Below are positions 19,065 through 30,178 of a DNA stretch of 64,000 bases, in pieces. The stretch is from IMG/VR virus record IMGVR_UViG_3300043496_000149; one strand, written 5' to 3'. A program made the position numbers and the translations under genes. Positions within the stretch are counted from its first letter, which is position 1. Each line of letters begins with the position of its first letter. Origin of the DNA: an uncultured virus (IMG/VR IMGVR_UViG_3300043496_000149) (Duplodnaviria > Heunggongvirae > Uroviricota > Caudoviricetes). Below the pieces are notes generated by a model, which searched no databases, had not been told where the DNA came from, and worked only from the letters and a program-made list of their open reading frames with translations.

Positions 19065-20875
19065 TAACAGTAAAAGGAGGCGGTATCTAAGTCTGGATTA
19101 AGCGTATCTCCTGCGCTAGGATGTAAATAACCTATACCTGTTAATTCACAATCCTTTGTGCCTAATACCTCTTCATTCTCTCCTAATATGAAACTATATC
19201 TTATGTCTGTGATATTTATCCCATATTGTATTCCTGCTGGATTAATATAGACTATTGATGTGCCTGGTTTGAACAGTTTGTTCGGTGCGGAAACCTTTCC
19301 AAAGTTATAGGTCTGTGCAATCCTTGATGAGAACTCATTGAATATTGCCAGATGCTGCATCATAGTACTTGAATCATGAACATTTGTAGGCGACTGAATG
19401 ACTTCTACTGGTGCTGGATCCTGATAGTCTTCTAACAATCCTGAGAATAAGGTGTTTGAAACGTGGAGAATAGGAGTCTGTGATGTGAATGTGTTTGAAT
19501 ATACCTGTTCATTTCTGAATAGTTTCCATCCTGTTGGTATGTATGCCTGACCTTCACCACGTCCAAAGGGAACTTCTCGTACAGCACATATTGTTTTCTC
19601 ACCATTACCCGATGCAAATCCATCATCATGCCACCATAAAACAGTATTATTATCTGAAGAACCTATCTCTTGAAGTATAAGCCAGTATTTACTATTAGCC
19701 TCTATTGGTCTTTTAAAAACTACGTTTCTCCTACTGATAGGAGCAGGCGTGGCTGGAATGTCCCTTAGTGGATAGGATAACTCCGCTACCACATCCGTTC
19801 CTATCCTATCATTTTTATCATTGACTATAAAACCTCTGAGGTTGGTATTTTCTGGATTATCTGAATCGGTGCCTGCGTTTATCTTTGAAAGCACTAAAGT
19901 CAGTTCATATAATTGAGTAGATCTAAGTTCTATCTGTTGTGCTATATCTTTATTGAAAAGTGTGGTATAGTTATTTGTAGAACTGTTATTTGATACTACT
20001 GAGGATGTATCAGCCTGACCAATTACCACTTCTGCATATTGGCTTGGATCGGTGCTGGAAGAAATATCTATTTGTTCACGAACAAAGGATGTAAAATCTG
20101 GATTCTCGTCGCCTGATGCATGTGCCTTTAGAACATGGCCTGATGATTTAAACACGGGTAGTTTGGAAAATACATCATTACTTTCATCCACACCTATGAA
20201 TAATCCCGCCATCTCAGCATATTGATTTAGTAATGCATCTACTGTTCCAGAGTATTTTGTAGAAGGAATAGTTAATGGTATAGTTCTATCAATACCATTT
20301 AATGTAAAATTACCACGTTCTTGAAGAGATTTACCATTATTATTTATCATAATATTTGGATTTGTAAATATATCATAGATTAAATTATTAATGTAATATT
20401 TTTTATCATTATTTTTTAGGTTAAGTTGGTTTTCCTTCATATTAAGGAATGGAACATTTCTTTCATATTTGATGAAAGTATGTCCCCAGATATGTTTCAT
20501 GGATTGACCTGTTAGTTCCCAAGCAACAACACCGTTTGGACCATATTCTATTTTTTTGATATCTATTATTAAACCACTTATAAGATCTTGATATTCTGAC
20601 TGGAATGGTTTCTTTACCTGAATACCAACCCTGTTTCTAAATCTTATTTCTCCGTTGTTGATAAACCCTGCATCATCATAACATTTTATAGTGAATATTC
20701 CTGTTTTTCTTACCCCACCTTCTACTGATATCTCATATGGTGCAAGACCAGTTGAATCCCCATCCAAAACATTATGTGTCAGTATTGTATTTGAACCAGA
20801 ACGATTCTTTATAGTAATTTGTGGTACTAATGCCTCATTATATTCATCCTGTTCTATTGTTTGGGTTACTGACAA
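19061..20875 (-). CDS. Putative tail hub/baseplate-like virion protein
   Basis: 604 aa; hub-like N-terminus (GIFTIKC...DLISGLI), inserted beta-sandwich (IAQQI...KYWLIL), C-terminal FKPGTSI...ITDIRY. Confidence 0.5.
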   Translation of the reverse strand: MSVTQTIEQDEYNEALVPQITIKNRSGSNTILTHNVLDGDSTGLAPYEISVEGGVRKTGIFTIKCYDDAGFINNGEIRFRNRVGIQVKKPFQSEYQDLISGLIIDIKKIEYGPNGVVAWELTGQSMKHIWGHTFIKYERNVPFLNMKENQLNLKNNDKKYYINNLIYDIFTNPNIMINNNGKSLQERGNFTLNGIDRTIPLTIPSTKYSGTVDALLNQYAEMAGLFIGVDESNDVFSKLPVFKSSGHVLKAHASGDENPDFTSFVREQIDISSSTDPSQYAEVVIGQADTSSVVSNNSSTNNYTTLFNKDIAQQIELRSTQLYELTLVLSKINAGTDSDNPENTNLRGFIVNDKNDRIGTDVVAELSYPLRDIPATPAPISRRNVVFKRPIEANSKYWLILQEIGSSDNNTVLWWHDDGFASGNGEKTICAVREVPFGRGEGQAYIPTGWKLFRNEQVYSNTFTSQTPILHVSNTLFSGLLEDYQDPAPVEVIQSPTNVHDSSTMMQHLAIFNEFSSRIAQTYNFGKVSAPNKLFKPGTSIVYINPAGIQYGINITDIRYSFILGENEEVLGTKDCELTGIGYLHPSAGDTLNPDLDTASFYCY

Positions 20876-23087
20876 AGTTTACTAAATGAATATAGTCATT
20901 AGCAACTATAATATTTTGTTGGTTCTTATACTTCTCTATTTGATTATCTAGTTTCTTCTGGTCCATTTCTTCCGGTTTCCATTTAGGTTCCTTACGTAAT
21001 TCATCTGTGAATTGATCAAATGGTGTGTTATTATTGAATGATTTAGCCATTCTTTCTAACAATTTGAAGAACGTTGCATCTCTAGACATTGTAGTTTTAG
21101 ATTCGGTGCCTAACAACATACCTATGTCTACTTTACCTGTCTCAGGATCTATACCAATACTGTTTAACATGAATGTTATTATTCTTATAGCAGCATCAAT
21201 ATCTGAAATATCAACCTCTTTTTTATTTAGTAACCTTGCCCTTGCATATGCAAACCGTATTATAGACTGAATCTGTCTGGTAGTCATAGAAACCTGTTCC
21301 TGTTCCTCTATATTTTTTATATTTTCATTCATATCTATTGTCCTGATTTTTACATAGAAAGCATGTATAGCATTCTTTGCCTCATCTGATAGTGTAGGTA
21401 TTAATGGCTGATTCTTCATAAAATAGATATATTTTGCTAACATATCACGAGGAATAGGTGCAATATTGAGTTTTTCATACGAATTAATGATTTTATCTAC
21501 GATCATAGCATCCTTTTCTGGGTTTGGAATATCCCTAAACAGGGCAACAAAATCAAAACGTGTAAATAAAGAGATGTTTATACCAAGGTTTTCAAAGAAT
21601 GATTTGTATTTGTTATATCTGCTTCCCTTTGGTGGATTAGCTGAACCGATAACTGATACTCTGGAATTAAATGAACCTGAACGTATCTTGGAAATGGTAG
21701 AGGTCTGTTTCTCCATTATCTCTTTTAAAACATTAAGGGTTTCCTCTGGTATATCATTCATTTCATCTATACCTAATACCCCCATATCTGTGACCGGTGC
21801 TAACCCTGCTGTAAGCGTCCATTTATCTCCTGCAGTTTTTTCAGCACCACCTGTTAGCCCTGCTTTAGACATGTTTCCACCTTGAACGAATCTTGATTTA
21901 TGGGCTATGGATAATGCCCACATCAATAAATCACTCTTGGCTGTGGATGGATCACCTAATAAAAACATATGAATTTCACCTCTTTTATCTAGAGTTGGAT
22001 CTAATGACCTACCTAAACCTCCTACTAGTTGATAGAGTAATGCTTCTTTGACTATATCATGACCATAAATATCTGGTGCGAATGACTGTATCATTTTATT
22101 TATTATATCATGATCGGTGCTCAGACGCTTAATTTCCTTTATTTCTTCTTTTGATATGGAATTAAACATGATGTTTGTATCACTAATTTTTTCGACATAA
22201 TTGGCTTCAACAAACCAATCGACGTCAATTCCATTGGTTGCACCACCATGTATTGAAAAATATTTATAGATTCTCATATCATTTGTCTTCTTTTTATATT
22301 GATTAATTGCCTCATCCGTAAATACATCCAATCTTACATTTCCTGTAACTATAACCGTATTACCCAAACTGAATTTATTCACAAGGTCTCTATCGATATA
22401 CACCTGAACACTAGCCACATCATTTTCTGAATCACTGGTTAATTCTTCTATAACCAATACCTGATAGTCAGAGGTACCGCCCATTGTATGAATCATTTCT
22501 AGATTTTCAGAATTACAATCAATATTACTACAGTGCTTACCATCAAAGAATTCTATATTATTAAAATCTAATATTGAAATAGTTTCACAATTTAAACATT
22601 TAAACTGCTGTTTTTTCATCTTTGCTTTACTGGTTATAATATTCCTAATGACACCCCTGAAATTCAGGTACATACCCATTTTATCAGAATTAATTGAACG
22701 TATTGGAATCAAATTTGGAAATTGATTCTTTTCTGAATCATATAGAAAATTCTTGAATCTTACCTTAATATTAACATCAATTAATTTTTCATGAAATGTT
22801 CTATTTATTTTGAATATCTCAATTTTTACTATATCACTGAATTTCTTTGAAAATGTGTTAAAATCGTTAAAATTCAATACATAAGCTTTCATTCCTTTTG
22901 TGAGTAAATTATAGTCTATATTGAAAGTAAATATTTTAGAAGGATCTTTGAATGTTATAGCTTCAAGTATCTGATGAGTGATTGATTGATCACCTGCTTT
23001 AGTAGTATATTCCTTTATGAATTCATTCAGGTCAATGATTGGTTTTGACTGTTGCTCTTGTTCTTGTTCCTTATCTACAATACCCAA
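20844..23087 (-). CDS. mcm: MCM replicative helicase
   Basis: CLNC...C..C Zn motif, APDIYGH, Walker A LLGDPSTAKS, SKAGLT, Walker B IDEMND, SANP, LFTRFD, TTRQ. Confidence 0.95.
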   Translation of the reverse strand: MGIVDKEQEQEQQSKPIIDLNEFIKEYTTKAGDQSITHQILEAITFKDPSKIFTFNIDYNLLTKGMKAYVLNFNDFNTFSKKFSDIVKIEIFKINRTFHEKLIDVNIKVRFKNFLYDSEKNQFPNLIPIRSINSDKMGMYLNFRGVIRNIITSKAKMKKQQFKCLNCETISILDFNNIEFFDGKHCSNIDCNSENLEMIHTMGGTSDYQVLVIEELTSDSENDVASVQVYIDRDLVNKFSLGNTVIVTGNVRLDVFTDEAINQYKKKTNDMRIYKYFSIHGGATNGIDVDWFVEANYVEKISDTNIMFNSISKEEIKEIKRLSTDHDIINKMIQSFAPDIYGHDIVKEALLYQLVGGLGRSLDPTLDKRGEIHMFLLGDPSTAKSDLLMWALSIAHKSRFVQGGNMSKAGLTGGAEKTAGDKWTLTAGLAPVTDMGVLGIDEMNDIPEETLNVLKEIMEKQTSTISKIRSGSFNSRVSVIGSANPPKGSRYNKYKSFFENLGINISLFTRFDFVALFRDIPNPEKDAMIVDKIINSYEKLNIAPIPRDMLAKYIYFMKNQPLIPTLSDEAKNAIHAFYVKIRTIDMNENIKNIEEQEQVSMTTRQIQSIIRFAYARARLLNKKEVDISDIDAAIRIITFMLNSIGIDPETGKVDIGMLLGTESKTTMSRDATFFKLLERMAKSFNNNTPFDQFTDELRKEPKWKPEEMDQKKLDNQIEKYKNQQNIIVANDYIHLVNFVSNPNNRTG

Positions 23088-23130
23088 ACCCGAATCTCTT
23101 TTTCAGACGTTATATTTAGTATATAATTGT

Positions 23131-23580
23131 TTATTTCCTTATGTCGGTATTGAAAGGTTTATTTTTCACCGCTCTTACAGATGTTTTCTTTAATAAGTCT
23201 GTCGGCGATGTTGAATTAATAGGCTGAATGACAAATTTTTCCTCATCTTCTCTTTGCTTCTTTATATCTTTTATGTTCTTAGTTTTATCATAGTAGATAT
23301 ATTCAGGTAATTCCAATCTCATAGCATGTCTTATTTGGTTTTCACTATGAACACTGTTACAGTTTGGACATTCATATAATTCATTTCTCTCGTCATGCCT
23401 CATGTATACCTTCTTAAGGGCGTTATCTTTATCAAATATAGTACATTTTGTACATAAAATATTAAGATCTTTAATATCACTAATTGATGCTTTAATAGGA
23501 TTATATTTTGTTTCTACTTTTTGTAACCCACGGTTTGCAGTAGGATTATTCCTTGAATTATGTATGTTATCTGCTATCAT
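23131..23580 (-). CDS. Zn-ribbon hypothetical protein
   Basis: CTKC...YECPNC. Confidence 0.6.
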   Translation of the reverse strand: MIADNIHNSRNNPTANRGLQKVETKYNPIKASISDIKDLNILCTKCTIFDKDNALKKVYMRHDERNELYECPNCNSVHSENQIRHAMRLELPEYIYYDKTKNIKDIKKQREDEEKFVIQPINSTSPTDLLKKTSVRAVKNKPFNTDIRK

Positions 23581-23591
23581 TTTTAGATACT

Positions 23592-23765
23592 TTATTCCAT
23601 ACCAGGTAATGTAGCATATCCACCCATCAATGCAAGGTTACCTGAGCAATCTTCACATTTACCTTCATATAATCTACGATTATTTTTTGTTATCCTCTCT
23701 GTAGGATCAATAATTGGCTTCTTTCCTTTACACCTAAAACACCAAGTGTATTTGACTTTGGTCAT
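23592..23765 (-). CDS. DUF5679-like small Zn-ribbon protein
   Basis: WCFRCK...ITKNNRRLYEGKCEDC; start reassigned to MTKVKY. Confidence 0.7.
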   Translation of the reverse strand: MTKVKYTWCFRCKGKKPIIDPTERITKNNRRLYEGKCEDCSGNLALMGGYATLPGME

Positions 23766-23836
23766 AATATAGTGTATTTGTGCCTGAGTATCGCTTATAA
23801 ACATTCTAATATGCATAGGAACGTTATAAAAACGTA

Positions 23837-25495
23837 TTGAAAAAGACCCCAAAACGTAATGAATATGTCATTAGAAAGGACCAAAACACGGGTGAAACAA
23901 GTGTCAAACAGGTACCAAATGGTACTCTAAAGGTATTAAAGATAAGGAGTGCGTCATTAAGAAATGCTGTTAATTTTGGTGGTTTTGAAGAACTTTACCA
24001 ACTAAAAAGGAATATTTACAATGTTAGAACGTTATCAGGAGAGAATCTTATATCTTTCAGACCTCCTCATAGTCAAGAATTAAAGACATCACTGGCCAAT
24101 GCCCATGAATCAGATCCATATATGAAACGTATTACTGGATTCTATACTGATTATACATTTGGTGATCAAATTAAACCGGTGCTTACCCCTCTACAACTTG
24201 ATAAGCCTAGATCTAAGAAAGAAAATGATGATCAAGTGCGTAAAATAATTACAAAAACAGAACATGAAGGTTTTATGCAATTTATTGCTGCAGTTAACCA
24301 TATTTCAAATATTCATTCGGCTCTAAAGATTATTTGGCATCAATCGTATCCTTTCGGCATGGCTGCAGGATGGAAGACATTATCGTTAAGAGATATGGTA
24401 AGTATTAAAAAGAGTAGTGGTGTAAGGATACCTTTAGGCACCCCTGTAAAAATCAAACCATTGGATGGATTTTATCTTACTCATATTCATCAAGATGTTG
24501 ATACATTTGATCCTGTTTTCTTTGAATACGTCAATCCAAATGCTACACTTACCACTGTTCAGAATAACAAGAATGAAGATGTTATAGAATTATCATACCG
24601 TGCTAATTCTAAATTACGGGACCAATTTAGTATGCTTCCATGGGAAAGATTGATTATAGTAAAACGCCCAAATATTGGAACCACACCTAATACTTCTGTA
24701 TATGGTGTATCTCCTATTCTTCCTTCTCTATATATTTCAGAGAATATACGTAGAATTGATGAAAAGATACTACCGGAACTAAATGAAGGTTCGTATGCTG
24801 GTGTTGGTATATTTTCGGTGCAGGAAGACTCTAAATATGATATTGATAAGTTGGCACAGGATTTAAGCACCGCAGGAACAAGGATTGTTATGAATGAACA
24901 GATAGAATATCAACCAATAGAAGTAGATTTCAACATGCAACATATCCTTGAACAGAAAGTGTCTCTAATAAAATCAGAATTACTATCTCTTGGATTACCT
25001 GAATCTATCTTTTTCCCTACCAATACAAATCGTTCGGTGCTTGAGATTTTAATCAATATATGGCAAAACGTTGACCTCCAGAAAGAACGTGAACTTTTGA
25101 ATGATGTGATGTGGCAATATTGGTATAAGGACTTGATGAATATATTCTTTGAGGGTGAAAGTTTACTTGACTTACATCTTACTGTTAAATTAGAGTTTAA
25201 GAATAAGACATTTGCAGGTTTCATAGATAAAGCAGCACCTACAATAGAGGCATTTAAGTATGGATTACTTAACAAAGAAGAATCAAGAGAGAATATTGAC
25301 CAAGAAGAGTTAGATGATTCTCAAGAAGAACCATTTATCATGAAATTGGAGAAAATGAAACAAAAGGCTGCTACAGAACGACAATCAGAACAAACAGCAG
25401 CAACTGCAAACAGATTTGGTAATTCTGCTGATAAGATCAGTTCCGCAACTAAGGTAACCAATAGTACTAGTAGGAGTAATGGAGGAGATACCTAA
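23837..25495 (+). CDS. Portal protein
   Basis: 552 aa; YPFG.A, IKPLD, VYGVSPI, SLGLPESIF, GLLNKEESRENI portal-like segments. Confidence 0.75.
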   Translation: MKKTPKRNEYVIRKDQNTGETSVKQVPNGTLKVLKIRSASLRNAVNFGGFEELYQLKRNIYNVRTLSGENLISFRPPHSQELKTSLANAHESDPYMKRITGFYTDYTFGDQIKPVLTPLQLDKPRSKKENDDQVRKIITKTEHEGFMQFIAAVNHISNIHSALKIIWHQSYPFGMAAGWKTLSLRDMVSIKKSSGVRIPLGTPVKIKPLDGFYLTHIHQDVDTFDPVFFEYVNPNATLTTVQNNKNEDVIELSYRANSKLRDQFSMLPWERLIIVKRPNIGTTPNTSVYGVSPILPSLYISENIRRIDEKILPELNEGSYAGVGIFSVQEDSKYDIDKLAQDLSTAGTRIVMNEQIEYQPIEVDFNMQHILEQKVSLIKSELLSLGLPESIFFPTNTNRSVLEILINIWQNVDLQKERELLNDVMWQYWYKDLMNIFFEGESLLDLHLTVKLEFKNKTFAGFIDKAAPTIEAFKYGLLNKEESRENIDQEELDDSQEEPFIMKLEKMKQKAATERQSEQTAATANRFGNSADKISSATKVTNSTSRSNGGDT

Positions 25496-25554
25496 TATTA
25501 TAAAAACAACCTTTCAAAAACCTAATCTAGTTTCTTAATTTTATTATATTATAT

Positions 25555-26994
25555 ATGTCATTAGAGACTCCCACATGGGATAAGATAATTGGCTCTTTGG
25601 GATCCACAACATCAGAATTTGGTGGTAACTGGGCTAATTTAATATCTGATTATTTTAACGGTGTAAACTTAGCACTGGTGGATGCAAGTAAGATTCCAAT
25701 TATAGGTACACTTACTAGATATAAATTCGAGAAACTTGGATTATTTGATACTGATCAAAGTCATTCTATTACTGTATCTGTAGATGATATTGATACCGGT
25801 GCGAACAGGAAGATTAGGATTAGAAGAATGAATACTCCTAATGAGGAAGATTTCATGGTGCTTGAAAATATGCCACAGACTTTAGTGGGTAAAACAATTA
25901 GTGTTGCAAATAACACTATTACAAACATTGCTAATGCCCATATAGCATCTGGAGCAGGTATTGTTTACTCTAAACTTAATTTAACTAATTCTATAGTAGC
26001 AGGTGATCTTACTTCTGACTCGGTGATTACTGTTAAAATACTAGATTCTAATGTTACATTGGCTAAATTGGCATCAAATTCAGTTAATTCATCAAAAATA
26101 GTTGATGATTCTATTGTTAACGCTGATATTAATTCGGCTGCAGCTATTGTTTATTCGAAACTAAGTCTTGGAAACTCTGTTGTTAACGCTGACATTAATA
26201 CTTCTGCTGCGATTGCTTGGACTAAAATATCCAAATCTGGTTCTGTATTGAGTGATTTAGGAGATTTAAGCATTACAACTCCAGCCCAATATAATATTAT
26301 TATGAGAAATGGTAGCAGTCAATGGATAAACTTTGTAAAAGGATCTAATTCAACAGCTTTAACAGTAGATGCATCAGGTGTTTTAGCATATACTACAATC
26401 ACAAATGCGATGTTGGCTGGTTCTATAGCATATTCTAAATTAACATTAACGACTTCCATTGTCAATGGTGATATAGCTGCTGCTGCTGCGATTGCATACT
26501 CTAAACTCAATTTGGCTACATCCATACTTAATGCTGATATCAATGCTGCTGCATCGATTGCATACTCTAAGTTAAATCTGGCTACCAGTATTGTAAACGC
26601 TGATATCTCAGCCAGTGCAGCTATAGTTTATTCTAAACTATCATTAACCGGTGGAATTGTTAATGCTGATGTAAATGCTTCTGCAGCCATAGCCTATACT
26701 AAATTGGCTTTGACAGGAACGATACTTAATGCTGACATTAACGCTTCTGCTGCAATAGCAGACTCTAAACTAGCACAGATTACTAACAAGGCTAAACTTC
26801 CATCTGCTATATTATATAATGATGTAGACAATAGTTTCGGTGCTCACTATTTTGACTTGACAAGGATGACAGCACCAAGTAATCCTGCTGCTAATGATGC
26901 AAGGTTTTATGTAAAACAAGTTGATAGTAATAATGACGGAGTATTTGTTAAAGTGAAAAAGAGCGGTGGATTCGTAGAGGTGCAAGTAGCATGA
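25555..26994 (+). CDS. Putative tail fibre/spike protein with tandem IVNADIxxxAAIxYSKL repeats
   Basis: About ten 20-aa repeats; A/S/I/N-rich. Confidence 0.65.
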   Translation: MSLETPTWDKIIGSLGSTTSEFGGNWANLISDYFNGVNLALVDASKIPIIGTLTRYKFEKLGLFDTDQSHSITVSVDDIDTGANRKIRIRRMNTPNEEDFMVLENMPQTLVGKTISVANNTITNIANAHIASGAGIVYSKLNLTNSIVAGDLTSDSVITVKILDSNVTLAKLASNSVNSSKIVDDSIVNADINSAAAIVYSKLSLGNSVVNADINTSAAIAWTKISKSGSVLSDLGDLSITTPAQYNIIMRNGSSQWINFVKGSNSTALTVDASGVLAYTTITNAMLAGSIAYSKLTLTTSIVNGDIAAAAAIAYSKLNLATSILNADINAAASIAYSKLNLATSIVNADISASAAIVYSKLSLTGGIVNADVNASAAIAYTKLALTGTILNADINASAAIADSKLAQITNKAKLPSAILYNDVDNSFGAHYFDLTRMTAPSNPAANDARFYVKQVDSNNDGVFVKVKKSGGFVEVQVA

Positions 26995-28601
26995 CAATAA
27001 CATGGCAATCAAGTAAAGAAATAGAATGTGTAGCCGCTGATACTAAACCCGCTAATGCAGAAGAGGGAACAGAGGCATATGAAACTGATACTGGTAAACG
27101 CTATAGAATGACTTCTACTGTTTGGACTGTAATAGATGTTTTTGGTGTAAGTTTAGATGCATTAAATAATGTAGATACTGTTACAGATCCTCCAGAAAAC
27201 AATGATGTTCTTACTTATGTATCAGGTAGTTCTACATGGAAACCTTCTCCTCCTCCTGGTGCTACAGGCGGTGAGGCAAATACAGTAACAAACGTGGGAA
27301 CTGGGTCACAACTAGCAAAAGCCAAATCTGGTGTTGATATACCTCTCAGAACACTTACCGCTACTTCTAGTAAGATTGCTTTATCACAAAATACTAATGA
27401 TGTTGGAATTGATGTAACTGAGACCAACCTTACATTGGCTAATCTTTCTGGTACCATAGGAGATTCTAAAATATCTGCACTTGCATATTCAAAACTTACG
27501 TCGGTGCCTTCAACTTTAGTAAAGACGGACCAAGTAAACACATTCGGTGCTTTTGCTCAAACATTTCCTTATGACATGGTTAGAATACTTAATTCAGCAG
27601 GAACGTTCTATTCACAGTTAAGAAGTGCTGCTACTGCTAATAGAACTCCTACCATACCTGATAATTCTGAAACACTGACCAGTGCATCTACAACAGATAC
27701 ATTCACAAATAAAACTTTCAATGCAGATGGAACTGGTAACTCAATAACCAATATTGAAAATGCTGACATCAAAGCTGCTGCAGGTATTGTATATTCTAAA
27801 CTCAGTTTGGGTACTTCAATTGTCAATGCGGATATAGCAGCTGGTGCAGCTATTGCAAAGACTAAACTCGCTTCATTAGATGTAGTAAATGCTGATGTAA
27901 ATGCTTCTGCTGCGATTGTATATTCTAAACTTTCGTTAACAGGGGGTATAGTCAATGCTGATATCAACGCCTCGGCTGGTATTGTTGACTCCAAATTAGC
28001 ACAGATTACTACAAAAGCAAAACTACCAAGCGATACAGTTTATACAGGAGATACACAAACATTATCAGCAAAAACTATAACAGGATTGAAACTAAATGTA
28101 GCAGCAAAGACAGCCGATTATACAGCAACTGCTACTGATGATTTCATACCATGTAGTCCTGCTGCGAATATGACTATCACTTTACCTGCAGCTGCTTCAA
28201 ACACCGGTAAATGGTATAACATCCAAAAGATCAATTCTAATGGTTTTACGGTGACTATAGACCCTAATTCATCTGAGTTGATTAATGGTGTATCGACTAT
28301 GGTGCTTAGAGCTCAATATCAGGGGGCTATAATATATTGTGATGGATCAGCATGGTTTTCATTTCCTAATATGACTGAACGAACAGGTACTGCCACTGCT
28401 ACTGCAAACGGAACTGATACAGTGTTTAGTATAGCTCATGGTTTAGGTGTTGATGCATATAATGCTTTGGTAATTTGTTCCTCACATACCAATACCTTCA
28501 CATATGTAACAGATACTACAAACATTACTGTAACTTTTACTAGTGCACCTTCTGCAACACCAACAGCAACAATTAAATTCCATTGGAGAGCGGTGCAATA
28601 A
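26991..28601 (+). CDS. Putative tail fibre protein with the same 20-aa repeats and a C-terminal fibre module
   Basis: IVNADI..A.IVYSKL repeats; KTADYTAT..D...TITLPAA; HGLG motif. Confidence 0.65.
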   Translation: MTITWQSSKEIECVAADTKPANAEEGTEAYETDTGKRYRMTSTVWTVIDVFGVSLDALNNVDTVTDPPENNDVLTYVSGSSTWKPSPPPGATGGEANTVTNVGTGSQLAKAKSGVDIPLRTLTATSSKIALSQNTNDVGIDVTETNLTLANLSGTIGDSKISALAYSKLTSVPSTLVKTDQVNTFGAFAQTFPYDMVRILNSAGTFYSQLRSAATANRTPTIPDNSETLTSASTTDTFTNKTFNADGTGNSITNIENADIKAAAGIVYSKLSLGTSIVNADIAAGAAIAKTKLASLDVVNADVNASAAIVYSKLSLTGGIVNADINASAGIVDSKLAQITTKAKLPSDTVYTGDTQTLSAKTITGLKLNVAAKTADYTATATDDFIPCSPAANMTITLPAAASNTGKWYNIQKINSNGFTVTIDPNSSELINGVSTMVLRAQYQGAIIYCDGSAWFSFPNMTERTGTATATANGTDTVFSIAHGLGVDAYNALVICSSHTNTFTYVTDTTNITVTFTSAPSATPTATIKFHWRAVQ

Positions 28602-28607
28602 CAACAA

Positions 28608-29321
28608 TTGGCTACTCGTCTGTATTTCCACGTTGCTTCATCTGCAGTATCAGGAACATTACCTACTACTGAGCAGAGTAGTTTAACTGCTCAGAAAAAC
28701 TTTGATGCTCAGACTGTCAACAGAACTATGAATACTACCATAGGCACAAGTCAGGATTTTACAGAACATACCGCCGCTCATGCAAACGGAGATAACTTCT
28801 TTATCGCAAAGTGGGTTTCTCCACCTATTAATGCTCAAACTATTAGTGCTAACACGTGGGATTATAATTTTTCAACATCACAGTCCTCTGCAGCTACAAA
28901 CTTCCCTGTCGCTGTTACTGGTTCTGCACGTGTGAATATTTATGTTTGGAGACCTTCTACAGGGGCAGTAGTAGGCACTATCCTAGATGGTCAAGGTGCT
29001 CTTAGTGGTGTTACTGAACCGGCTGCAAACACTCAGAAGAATCATGTTACCACGTTTTCGGGTTCTTCGGTTACCGCTTTATTAGGGGATGTTATTATAT
29101 TTGAAGCCTGGATTGCTGCTATCTCGAACAATAACACCGGCACAAAAAGATATTATTTCGATGGTAATACGGTCAATACTACAGAAAACACAACCGTATC
29201 TAATCATGCTTCATTTATAGAAACACCACAGAATATAGATTTTAATTTGGGTCCTGCTACTATACCCACCACAGTTACGGCAAAAGAAGTATGGATACCT
29301 AGAATGGTCTTTAAGGCATAG
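28608..29321 (+). CDS. Putative virion protein, paralog of the N-terminal domain of 30798..33836
   Basis: MAT[RK]LYFH...GTLPTTEQSSLTAQ...VSNHAS[FY]I shared between the two genes. Confidence 0.7.
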   Translation: MATRLYFHVASSAVSGTLPTTEQSSLTAQKNFDAQTVNRTMNTTIGTSQDFTEHTAAHANGDNFFIAKWVSPPINAQTISANTWDYNFSTSQSSAATNFPVAVTGSARVNIYVWRPSTGAVVGTILDGQGALSGVTEPAANTQKNHVTTFSGSSVTALLGDVIIFEAWIAAISNNNTGTKRYYFDGNTVNTTENTTVSNHASFIETPQNIDFNLGPATIPTTVTAKEVWIPRMVFKA

Positions 29322-29346
29322 ATAGTTGACATATATATAGATAGAT

Positions 29347-29811
29347 ATGTCCCACAGTGGTAATCGAGCGTTTAAATATAGAAGAGTTCTAACCAATCCC
29401 AAACCTGCTAAAGTCAGTATAGAAGATAGGATTATTAACAAAGGTGGTAAATTAGAAGAACAGAAACTTGTAGGAGAACTACAGGGTAATGGTATAACGG
29501 TGCTTGTAGGATTGTCTACATCTCCCCAACTAGACATTACCAATATCCTCAATGATAATGAAAAAGGTGTTATAATTGGCTATACACCTAATTCTCCTTA
29601 TTTTGAGTTGTTTAGAAATGATGGATTAGGACCAAAAGATGTACGCCCATTCGTTGATAAATTTAAAGATGAACAATATCATGATTTTATTCTTAATATA
29701 ACTACTGATAATAAATTATTAGTAACTTTAGACGGTGCTGACTTGGTATTTACCACAAAAATACCATCCAATACTGATACACTATATATTATAAACTACA
29801 GTATCTATTGA
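29347..29811 (+). CDS. Hypothetical beta-rich virion protein
   Basis: 154 aa within the structural operon. Confidence 0.55.
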   Translation: MSHSGNRAFKYRRVLTNPKPAKVSIEDRIINKGGKLEEQKLVGELQGNGITVLVGLSTSPQLDITNILNDNEKGVIIGYTPNSPYFELFRNDGLGPKDVRPFVDKFKDEQYHDFILNITTDNKLLVTLDGADLVFTTKIPSNTDTLYIINYSIY

Positions 29812-29866
29812 GTCTGTTACCCTCCTAAAAAGTTAAAAACAAAGGAACAGGAATATATTATATAAA

Positions 29867-30178
29867 ATGTCGACGAAAATAGGCGGACCTCACCGCTGTA
29901 ACATTCATACTGATTTCCCAGAAACAGATGATCAAAATGTCTGGAACGAGCATTGTGCTACTACAGAAGGACATACTACCACAGGAACATGTACTTGTAC
30001 AGACTGTGGATGTGGTATCAATCTTAATGAAATACCATATCAACCAATAGGTAAAGAAATAAAAATACAATGCCCAGATTGCTTTAGTAAGAATCAAGAT
30101 CTTAACAAATTGGTTAATTCTCAACAACAGCTTAATCAATTTGAACAAGAAGTAGGAGGAGGAGGAGTACCACAATGA
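29867..30178 (+). CDS. Cys/His-rich Zn-binding protein
   Basis: CNIH...HC...CTCTDCGC...CPDC. Confidence 0.6.
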   Translation: MSTKIGGPHRCNIHTDFPETDDQNVWNEHCATTEGHTTTGTCTCTDCGCGINLNEIPYQPIGKEIKIQCPDCFSKNQDLNKLVNSQQQLNQFEQEVGGGGVPQ

